Source of the DNA: Balamuthia mandrillaris
Taxonomy: Eukaryota
DNA length: 64,000 nucleotides
NCBI GenBank assembly: GCA_031835245.2
Contig: JAVKOQ020000025.1
Location: forward strand, 248,001-312,000
Reading direction: 5' to 3'
Positions 54,633-64,000 of the stretch are shown piece by piece. The translations under genes and the position numbers were made by a program. A model generated the notes under the pieces. The model did not search any database, was not told the origin of the DNA, and saw only the letters and a list, made by a program, of their open reading frames with translations. Each line of letters starts with the position of its first letter. The first letter of the stretch is position 1.

Positions 54633-54747
54633 GGATGCTACACACAAAACCGCCTGCCTGTTGTTGTATTTGGATGGGAGATACTGATAGAAACGAGTTT
54701 GTGTGTGGCGGACTATCCACTCTCACTATTGCAATCGAAAGAGAAAC

Positions 54748-54787
<40 letters not shown>

Positions 54788-55023
54788 GATGGGGATGTAA
54801 GAGAAACAAAGCTTCATTGTTTAAAACCCACCCGACCACTGCTTCTTCTCCCCATCCTCTTGTTGGCACCACCAAGGCCAAGAGTGGTCCGCCTGAGGGG
54901 TCTATATATAGAAAGAGAGGAGAGGAGAGGCGGAAAGCCCAACAAAGCACCCTGCCCTTCCTGTATTGTATGGAGGAGGGAGGAAGCAACTGATCAGCAT
55001 CATCTTGCAGTTATTGATACTGA

Positions 55024-56637
55024 ATGAAGGCTATTGCGTCTTCTCCGTTCTCTGCCGTGTTACAGAGAGTACTCCAATCGGTGGGTGGCACCCATGCTGT
55101 CCTCTCTTGCTTCGTTCCCTCCTTGATCTGACCTTTGGTTTTTGTTCCCTCTGCTTGACCTTGTTTGTTGTTTGTTGGGGTTGGTGTGCATGCAGTACGA
55201 GGCTGAGGGTGTGGTCCAAGCTGACATCGAGGAGGCACTGAAAGCCTTCCCCTCGTTGTTTCCCAAGGAGGACACGTTCGGTACTTGTTCATAGCCTCAT
55301 CAAAACCATTGCCTCACCAGCCACTAACAAAGGGCTTTTACAGTGAGCAACGACGGCCAGTCTTCGCTGCTTGTCTCTCTGAAAGGGACGGTGCCGATCA
55401 CCTTCCGCAACAACCAGTACAACATACCCATTGAAGTATGGCTTCCCAAAGAGTACCCCCAAAAACCACCGCTTTGCTTTGTTAGGCCAACAAGCAGTAC
55501 GTCTTCCTAATATCTCCTACATATGTGGTGTTCCTTTTACTGAACCCTCTCTTTCTCTTTCGTCGTTTCTCTTTCGTCGTTTCTCTTTCCCACTCTCTTC
55601 TCAATGGACAGCAATGGCCATACGAGAAAAGCATAGGCACGTTGACTCGGCTGGGCAATGTTATATGCCTTACCTTCACCAATGGCAACACCAAAGACAG
55701 CCCGGCAACCTCATCTCACTACTATCTCAACTACAAGAAATCTTTAGCCAGGACCCTCCTGTTTATGCCAAACCACAACCACAGAATGTTATTATGCAGC
55801 AACAGCCTGCTGCTGCCGCCGTAGCTGTTGGGCACACTTTTGTTCAGGTTTGTTCTTCTCAAATGTGTTTGATCTGTGCTGTAACATGTGCTAAGGACTT
55901 TCACAAACAATCAGCACACACCAATCAAAGAAGATGAAAATCAGTTGTTAAACAAAAAGTTGGTGGCACATGCCGCTTCTTTAGCCAGCCAAATAGAAGC
56001 AGATAACGCCAAGATGCTGTTGATTTATGAACGGCTTTCAGACGGCGCACAGTGGCTTACTCACTGTAAAGAGCAAGTATTGCAAACTAAAGTATGACAC
56101 CTTGAGTTTTTTTGTATTGTATTCATATACCTATGCTTATGGTTGTATGGCAGAAAAAACTGGAAGAGATTCTTTTGGTTACAATGCAACAAGATGAAAA
56201 GTTAAGCCACTGGCTTTCAACCCAAGACCACGCTTTACAAGCTGACAAAGCATTTGTCCCTACAGATGCCTTATCTTTGCAGTACGTTCTCCATTAACTT
56301 TAACTAGTTTTGCTTACTGCTTCTTTTCTTTCCAATCGGGCTTAACTCTTCTTCACGCACAGAATCTACCAAGCGGTAGCAGAAGACGCTGCTATCGAAG
56401 ATGTGCTGTACTACTATGATAAGGCTTTACACCAAGGAAAGATAAGCCTGGACTTCTTTTTAAAGGTTTGTTTGTTTGTTTGTTTTTTCCCTAAGATATT
56501 TTTGTTTTTTGTTGTTGTTAGGGCGGTAAGCTAACGGCGCATAAACACAGATGACTCGCTCATTGTGCTGTGAACAATTTCAAAAAAGAGCCATTGCAGC
56601 AAAGATTTTTCAGCATCAACAAAATAACAAATCCTAG
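55024..56637 (+). CDS. TSG101: ESCRT-I subunit TSG101/Vps23-like (UEV + steadiness box), multi-exon
   Basis: LKGTVPITFRNNQYNIPIEVWLPKEYP..PP.CFVRPT, HVDSAGQCYMPYLHQW, FSQDPPVY, AEDAAIEDVLYY. Confidence 0.88.
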
Positions 56638-56710
56638 GCAGCAGCAGTCCTTTTGCTGGAGTCCTTTTGCCTTAGTGTACCTGGCGGAGCTTCAGCCTCT
56701 TTTTTTCGAA

Positions 56711-56743
<33 letters not shown>

Positions 56744-56838
56744 CAGAGAGAGAGACAACAAAAGGAATCCTTTTGTTGCTGTGGGCTTCTTGATAATCTT
56801 CCGTTTGTTTTACAGCAAACATCAAAACAAGGATAAAG

Positions 56839-58071
56839 TTATGTATCGCTATTTTGCCAATCATCCTCAAGGTCATCAGCAGCAGTGCCAGAGGAGGCGC
56901 TTTGGCGGCGCAGCTGCGATGGGGATAAAAGCTCGCAGTCTTCAGCCAGCCCATTAAATAGGCGATGGCAGTGCTCAATGCATTTTTGTACAAGGTTAAT
57001 AAAGAGAGGAGTGGCGAGAAGGACTTCTGAGTGAGAGGCCTTCGCCAGGTATATGAGGTTTGGGGCAAACACGATAGCGAGGTTCGTCGAGTCCATCCTG
57101 TTGGATGGCACTTGGGCCACTTCCTCCAAGAACGAGAACAAGTGTCGTAAGGTGACCCGATTGGCGAGCGGCAGACCTGTCAACAGGGCTCTGGTCTCCT
57201 TGAGCCAAGTTTCCTCATCTTTTGTTTGTCTGAAGGAAGCTATTTGTGTTTTGTAACCCCGCTCAACAAAACAACCCAAGCAAGGCTGGGGGAAGGAAAA
57301 CAAAAATTCGTACTTTCAACTTGAAGGAACTGTTGGCAGGAGGAATGAGGGAATAGTGGCTCTGGCAGCTCTCGCAAATAAAGCTTCAGCAGGTCTGCTA
57401 TCAAATAAGGGTCTTCTACTGCCTCCAACTGAACGGCCTGTCCTGAGTTGTTGCCAAACCATCTTAGCAAGCAACAGAGCGGTTAAAACAAAAAGGCGGC
57501 ACTAACCAGCGTCTATCGTGGCTCTTAGTTGTTGGACTTGTGCGCGGCTTCCAGGTTGTCGGAACAGCCCCTCTGCGGTTAGTCCTTGGGAGAAGTTGAG
57601 TAGCTACTTAGGGTGAGGAGAAGGACAGAACCAAGAGAGGAGTACCTGTTTTTCTCAGAGCTGCAAAGAGTTGCTGAAGGACAAGAGGCAATCCTTCCTC
57701 CTCCTCGCCGGCGGGCACCGTGGCCACCTTGTCCAGAGGCTTTCCAAAGACAGTGGAGGAGGGAGCTCCCCACCAGTAGTAGTAAAAGGCGCTGACGGAA
57801 GCGGCGGCCGCACCACCTACCATCACTTTGATGGCAACACGTCATGCAGAGGAACGTTAAACGTTTTCTTGTTAGTGTGCAACCGACCCCTCCCTTTTCT
57901 TTTCTTTTCTTTTCTTTTGAAGGAAATGGCAAGGAGGAGGAGGCTTGATGGGGCCTCCCCTGCCTGCCTGCCTGCTTGCCTTCTCACTTGAGATAGAGAG
58001 GAAGTTGCTTTTACAAAAAGGGAGGGAGGGAGGGAGGGAGGTAAGGTACCAGCAGAAGCGAATAGAGCCAT
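56839..58071 (-). CDS. RhoGAP domain protein with N-terminal hydrophobic segment, multi-exon
   Basis: VFGKPL, EGLFRQPG, IADLLKLYLRELPEPLF, NRMDSTNLAIVFAPNL. Confidence 0.9.
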
Positions 58072-58317
58072 AGGGGGGGGGAGCTGTGTGTGTGCCGCAC
58101 AGGTTTTTTGTTTTTTTGCAACAACAACAACAACAACAACAAGGAGGAGGAAACTTGGTGGCCAAGATATTACACAACGACGACAGCTGCTCCTTGCCCT
58201 CACCTCCTCTTGTGCAGCCGTCTACCTCAAGTTGTGCAGCAGCAGCAATTGGGCTCCCTCTTCTTCTTCTTCTGCTTTGCCCCAAACAGAAACAAAAAAA
58301 AAACAAAGAAGACACCA

Positions 58318-60726
58318 ATGAGGAGGAGCCCTGCCACCGCCATGGGAAGGCTGCTGCCGCGCCAAGCCAGCCCTGCTGCTGCTGCTGTGGCTGCGGCATT
58401 ATTGCCCTCACGCAGCCCTGCTTACTGCCGTCACCTTGTTGGTGGCGCTGGCAAACCTTTGTGGTTGGGGTCATCACATCCAAGTTGGGGGGTCTCCCGG
58501 CCTCTTGCTCTCTCTGCCTCAGGCAATGGGGGGAGGCACGGCTACCACAGCGAACGTGACTTCAACGTAATGGACGGCACTATTGAGGCCACGCCCGAGG
58601 AAAGAAAGGCCAATTCCGAGAATATGAGCAAACTCGTAGCTGAGCTGCGCCAGCAGATAGATCTGGTCAAACAAGGTTCGTTGGTTTGCTCGCTTGCCCC
58701 CCCCCCCCACTGCTGAGCTCAGGCATGGCAACATGTTTGACTGTCGTCACACCAACATTCCCTCCGTTTTGTTGTTGTTTGAAATTGCAAAAAGGCGGAG
58801 GAGAGAAGGCTCGCCAACGACACACGTCCAAAGGCAAGCTTCTTCCCAGAGAGCGTGTGAACCGCCTTCTTGACCCAGGGTAATACCCTCCCCTCCTTTT
58901 ATGTATTTTTTTTGATGAATTTTGCTTGCTGTTGGCCAACAATTCCTTCCTGTGAATGCCTTTTCTGATCCCTCCGTAGTTCGCCGTTTCTGGAGTTCTC
59001 ACCACTGGCTGGACATGAACTCTACGATGAAGCAGTGCCCAGCGGTGGCATTATCACTGGCATTGGTCTTATACACGGGTATGCTTTTCGAAAATTAATT
59101 CTTCTCTCTCTCTCTCTCTCTCTTGCTAAGCTCTTGATTTTGCTTCTGTCATTAGTCAAGAATGTGTAGTAGTGGCCAACGATGCTACTGTGAAGGGAGG
59201 CACTTACTACCCCATAACTGTAAATAAACATTTGCGCGCTCAAGAAATTGCCCAACAAAATCGATTACCTTGTGTCTATCTCGGTTTGTAACTACCATCC
59301 CTTTCAACTTATGTCTCTCTCTCGCTCTCTTTCACTCTTTCACTCTTAACTTTTACTAACGAATGAAATATTTGGTTGTGTGGATGCAGTGGATTCTGGA
59401 GGAGCAAACTTGCCTCGTCAGGACAACGTATTCCCGGACCGCGAACATTTTGGCCGTATATTTTTCAATCAGGCTAACATGTCAGCGATGCGAATACCCC
59501 AAGTACACCCACTCTTTAGATTTTACTGTTGTAGGTGATCCATTGACTAAAACGGACGGCATTCCATTGCAAACCAAACAAGTAGATAGCAGTGGTGATG
59601 GGATCATGTACTGCAGGAGGAGCCTATGTTCCCGCCATGTCAGATGAGTGTGTGATTGTCAGAAAGAACGGCACGATATTTCTGGGTGGCCCTCCTCTGG
59701 TTAAAGCCGCCACCGGCGAGGTCGTCACTGCAGAGGAACTGGGAGGTGCTGACCTGCATTGCAAAGTATCAGGCGTAACTGATCATTATGCAAATGATGA
59801 TGAGCACGCCCTTATCACTGCCCGTAATATTGTGAAGAACCTGAACATTCAGAAACCTTCACATTATCGCCCTTCCTCACCTATCGAAGAGCCACTTTAT
59901 CCTGCGGAGGAGCTTAACCAAATCGTTCCCTCTGACCTTAGAAAACCTTATGACGTGCGTTCCGTAATTGCTCGCGTTGTTGACGGCAGTCGCTTTGATG
60001 AATTCAAAGCGCTCTACGGACAAACTTTGGTGACAGGTACTCATGCTGTGCATTGCGTGCCACAACACTACCACTAACGCAACCAACGTGATAGGCTTTG
60101 CAAATCTATATGGCCACAAGATTGGAATAGTGGCCAACAACGGCATTTTGTTCAGTGAATCGGCCAAAAAGGGCGCCCACTTTATTGAGCTCTGCAATCA
60201 GAGGGGCATTCCTCTCCTCTTCCTGCAAAACATTACAGGCTTCATGGTGGGTAAGAGCTTCGAGGCAGGAGGCATCGCTAAGGATGGTGCCAAGATGGTG
60301 ATGGCGGTGGCGTGCGCCCAAGTGCCGAAGCTCACCCTGATCATAGGGGGCAGCTTTGGCGCTGGCAACTACGGCATGTGTGGACGAGCCTACAGCCCGC
60401 GCTTCCTATGGATGTGGCCCAATGCTCGCATCTCTGTGATGGGAGGACAGCAGGCAGCTAGTGTATTGGCACAGGTACGCAGGGACGGCCCCCAAGGCAA
60501 GGACTGGCCTGCTGAGGCCGAGCAAAAGTTCAAGCAAGGGATCGAGGCCCAATACGAGCGGGAGGGACACCCTTATTACTCCTCTGCTCGTCTATGGGAC
60601 GATGGCATCATCGCGCCCACCGAGACTCGTGCAGTGCTTGGCCTTGCCTTGACTGCCACTTTGAACGCGCCAGTGCCTTCTCCTCTCTCTCCTTCACAAC
60701 TGCCTTTTGGTGTATTCCGTATGTAG
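58318..60726 (+). CDS. MCCC2: Methylcrotonoyl-CoA carboxylase beta chain, mitochondrial, multi-exon
   Basis: [86 protein letters not shown]. Confidence 0.97.
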
Positions 60727-61322
60727 TCCTGGTAGTTGCAAATGACCCATCCCCGATTTGTCTTGACTGCCACAACACTTTTCAGCAGAAAAAAACTATT
60801 GCCCTCATCTATTGATTGCCATCTTAAATTCTCTCTTCACCTTCACTCTTTCGTCCTATTATTAATGGACATCGGCAGCACCATTGCCAAGGTTGCGACT
60901 AGCCTGGACGCTGCCTTTCAGCGTGAGGTCCAAATCCAAGCGGAGCAATGGAAGGACTTCAGGCAACCACTGCTCCTTGCGACCAGTAATCCTGAGGCGG
61001 CGCAAAGATCATAATATCTAAGGACAACAAAAAAAGAAACCACGAATTAGTCTTTTGGGCCAATGAGCATGTTTCCCGCCAAAACAACCCTTTTCCCTCA
61101 GCATCAGGCAGGGGTGGAAACTGAAGCGGTTCAGCAGCAGGCAGGGGCACTGCTCCGATTGAAAAGGTAGCGTTCTTTTTTCTCTGCTCACTCCACTACA
61201 TCTTTTGATGATGGAAAAAAAATTGTTACCAACCACTCACAAATGATTTCTTTTGTTTACAAAAGAACAGCATCACGAACCTCTGTACGCCTGTTCCACA
61301 ACGCTACTGGAAGCTGGCCTGA

Positions 61323-62420
61323 ATGGCAAGTTGCCCACAGTGCGGAAAACAGTTTACTACCTCTCACGGGTTGGCCATCCACTTCGGAAGGGGTCGCGCC
61401 ACTACTTCTGCTACTTCCACTGCTACTCGGAAAAGAAGAGCGGAAAACGCCCCGGCAGCACCTCACTCAAGGGCATAGAAGCGTGGAAGGCCGCAGGCTC
61501 CACTCGCCCAGCCCTTTTGGAACCAGTTTTCCAGCGAAATCGTGAGAAGCTTGATACGCCCGGAAGCCTTGTCCCTGGAAGAAACCTTTGCCCGTGGTTC
61601 AGGATGGTTCACCGCCTGCAAGCACATTCCAAACGGAGAAACGGTGTTGGAGGAGGAAGAGGAGAAGGAGAAGGAGGAAAAAGAGGAAGAGGAGAAGGAA
61701 GAGGAAGAAGAGGAAAAAAACCAGAAAGGCTTGTTAGACCTCATCGAGGGACTCATTCCGTCTCGCCCAGACGTACAGCTCACCAAAAAAGGCAAGAGAG
61801 CAGAAACCGGTAGTGGGGCGATTGGAGAAGATCCGCCTTTATCTGCGCTCGGAACAAAAGAAGACGCTGGCCAAGTGGTTCGGCACTGCACGATGGACCT
61901 ACAACAAGGCCGTGGAGTTCCATCGTGAACATAAAAGAATGCCTATGAAGGAGATGAAGGAACAAGTCAGGGAAAAATTCCTGAATAACGGCAATTTCAA
62001 CGGAGAGGACAAGAGCCTTGCGAGACTGGCTCTTGTCCACCAGATGAACGGCATAGAGCACCTCCGACGGAGAGCTCATGGGCGAGAGCCAAGCCCGTGA
62101 GCACCGAAGGAGAGAGGCAGGCATCATCGCCTTGGATCCAGGAGTGCGCACTTTCATGACCACCTACAACGGCTGCGGGGAGGTCACCGAGTGGGGCAAC
62201 GCGGACATCAACGAGACAGGCAAGCTGTGCCACCGCCTGGATCGCATGCAGAGTAAGGGCACCAAGGGCAACCACAGACAACGGCGCCGTCTCCGAAGGG
62301 CCGCTGCTCGGCTTCGCCATAGGATCCGCCACCTGGTGGATGACCTCCACAAGAAGCTCGTGTCTTGGTTGGTAAGGAACTTCTCCCTCATCCTTCTGTC
62401 AGAGTTCAGGAGCCAGCAGA
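61323..62420 (+). pseudogene. Fanzor2 N-terminal and central part (C2H2-like finger, NTD, HTH/WED start, RuvC-I), disrupted
   Basis: MASCPQCGKQFTTSHGLAIH; TAG at 61476; PFWNQFS..I..L..P..GWF; frameshift near A6 run 61785-61790; KIRLY...QKKTLAKWFGTARWTYN; IIALDPGVRTF; 62264-62420 differs from 41055-41211 at 6 of 157 nt. Confidence 0.9.
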
Positions 62421-62554
62421 ACGACGGATGGATGGATTTTTTTTTGGGACCCTACTCTCTACCCCAGACTTCTGAGAAAGAAACAACCACAAGCTGCTCG
62501 CTGCAAGTGGTAGAGTGGGGTTGGGATTCGTATGCTCAGAAGGTGGGACATACC

Positions 62555-63015
62555 TCTTGACGGGATACTCCTCTTCCTTCTCGACGGGATGCTCCTCCTG
62601 ATCCTCCTGACGAGATGCTCCTCCTCCTTCTTCTTGATGGGATGCTCCTCTGCCTTCTCGACGGGATGCTCCTCCTCCTTGACGAGATGCTGCACTCCTT
62701 CTTCTTGACAGGATGCTCCTCCTCCTTCTTGACGGGATGCTCCTCTTGCTCGACGGGATGCTGCCCCTCCTCCTCACCACCTTGCTCCTCTTCCTTCTTG
62801 ATGAGATGCTCCTCTTCTTGACGGACGCTCCTCTTCCTTCTTGACGGGATGCTCAGCCTTCTCTTCGACAGGATGCTCCTCCTTTTCCATGGGATGCTGC
62901 CCCTCCTCTAAGACGTTGTGCTATCAATCCTCCTCAACAGGACACTGTCCCTTCCCAACTCTCCGTGCTGGAGTGCCACAACTGAAGGGATGCTCCTCTC
63001 CTTGATGGGATGCTT
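62555..63015 (-). repeat. Degenerate ~24-nt tandem repeat (GAGGAGCATCCCGTCGAGAAGGAA-like, encoding EEHPVEKE-like units) inside element copy 2
   Basis: More than ten recurrences of GACGGGATGCTCCTC-like cores on the + strand. Confidence 0.85.
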
Positions 63016-63087
63016 TCCTTTCTCCTACTGCTCGTCTGGACGTCAGCTGCCCCTTGATGTCCTCCTGCAGGCCAGTATATCCATACT

Positions 63088-63185
63088 GCCAACCCGTGAG
63101 AGGTAGTAAACTGTTTTCCGCACTGTGGGCAACTTGCCATTCAGGCCAGCTTCCAGTAGCGTTGTGGAACAGGCGTACAGAGGTT
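63088..63185 (-). repeat. Perfect 98-bp inverted duplicate of 61278-61375
   Basis: Base-by-base reverse-complement identity. Confidence 0.95.
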
Positions 63186-63376
63186 AGTATATATCTTTTG
63201 TGGTCGGAATAGCCAGTCTCAGCATCCAAGCCAGGGAGTGGAACCACAACAGCTCCATCCGCCAACTCTACTTTGGGGAGGTGGGTTATTTATTTCCTCT
63301 GTTTTTTTCCCTTTTAGCTTTATTTTTTCATTGTCCCATTTGATCGGCTTGATCTTAGGCATTCAAGTGCTGCCTA

Positions 63377-64000
63377 CTACTCAATCATACTAAATAAGTC
63401 ATCTACCGAGGCTTTTTTCTCTTCTATTTCGGTTGCCAGCTGTGAATGTGTTGCGGTTCCTTGTATAAACTGTGTTCAACGACAATGAGCCCAAATATAG
63501 TTTTCAAGAACAAAGAAAACATTACCTCTTTTGCCTCATCAAAAGTAACTGCACTATCTTCGGTTTCTGTGTTCATAATTAAGGATATGCCTGAGTCCAC
63601 GATTGCCCTCCAGAAGGGTTGGCCTTTGTACTTTTCCTGTAACTGAAACAAAAAGTCGTTGAATTGTTGCCCTTCTTCTTCCAAGATACAACCTTCTCGT
63701 AAAGCTTGGAGACACTCCAGAGCCTTAGGAAAGAGTTGATAGCCTAAACTATCATCAACCAGCTGAACAATTCGTTCTTTCATTTGGCCAATAGCTGCAA
63801 AGCACAGTTGTGAATAGATTGTGCTCCGAAAAGGAGAAACAAACCTTTATCCACTAGGTCAATGTCCCGGCGGGCAATCATATCCTTGAAGTCTTTTGCT
63901 GGCTTCACTGAACCAACGTCCATGCAACCTGCTGACATCAATGTTTCCCTACGAATCCAAAGTTAACAAAGGTTGATGCGCTTTGCTGGAAAAGAGACTG
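63377..64000 (-). CDS. XRCC5: Ku80 C-terminal region (gene continues beyond window)
   Basis: VGSVKPAKDF, KALECLQALREGCI.EEE..FNDFL, FW..IV..GISLI...E..S.VT.DEA; final exon EKKASVDDLFSMIE*, resembling the DNA-PKcs-binding tail. Confidence 0.88.

Larger units (their letters stand above)
60993..63356 (+). mobile_element. Rearranged copy 2 of the TIR/Fanzor2 element, with captured cargo; outer right TIR damaged, no TSD
   Basis: Left end TGAGGCGGCGCAAAGATCA matches copy 1; right end GGAGGTGGGTTATT..TTGTCCCATTTGATCGGCTTGATCTT matches copy 1 up to 63356. Confidence 0.88.

Noticed and set aside
61253..61813. 186-aa ORF as the Fanzor N-terminus
   Set aside because: Starts inside the predicted intron; the finger and PFWN motifs are in the 61323 frame
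62555..63015. Regular repeats next to a Cas12-related nuclease, considered as a CRISPR array
   Set aside because: Units are degenerate, tandem and codon-like, with no unique spacers
63357..63376. ATTCAA and GTGCTGCCTA after copy 2, resembling the copy-1 TSD and a CpG-decayed TIR tip
   Set aside because: Too short, needs an indel, no match to the left flank AGTAATCC, and lies immediately after the Ku80 stop; unresolved rather than supported

Overview
Intron-rich, microsatellite-laden eukaryotic DNA. Gene content and style suggest an amoebozoan, possibly Balamuthia/Acanthamoeba-like (inference). About 20 host genes are tightly packed: VPS33 (3' part), an At5g58100-like membrane protein, an orphan, Pumilio, mitochondrial HslU, a multi-SAM protein, an LBP/BPI protein, DDX10, CNOT4, HIBCH, OXR1-like, PEX11, MLO-like, UBA52, VPS39/TGFBRAP1-like, a WRNPLPNID-motif protein, LST8, TSG101, a RhoGAP, MCCC2 and Ku80 (3' part). 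The highlight is two copies (40501-41720 and 60993-~63356) of a DNA transposon with ~45-bp terminal inverted repeats starting TAAGG/TGAGG; copy 1 has a perfect 8-bp target-site duplication (hAT-like). They carry complementary pieces of a Fanzor2/TnpB-type RNA-guided nuclease with an N-terminal C2H2-like finger, a spliceosomal 5'-UTR intron, a CCAAT + E2F promoter module and a candidate omega-RNA. Both copies are defective and no transposase is present in the window. A U12-type AT-AC intron was also found in the VPS39-like gene. All protein assignments are from recognised motifs, not database searches, and gene spans include introns.
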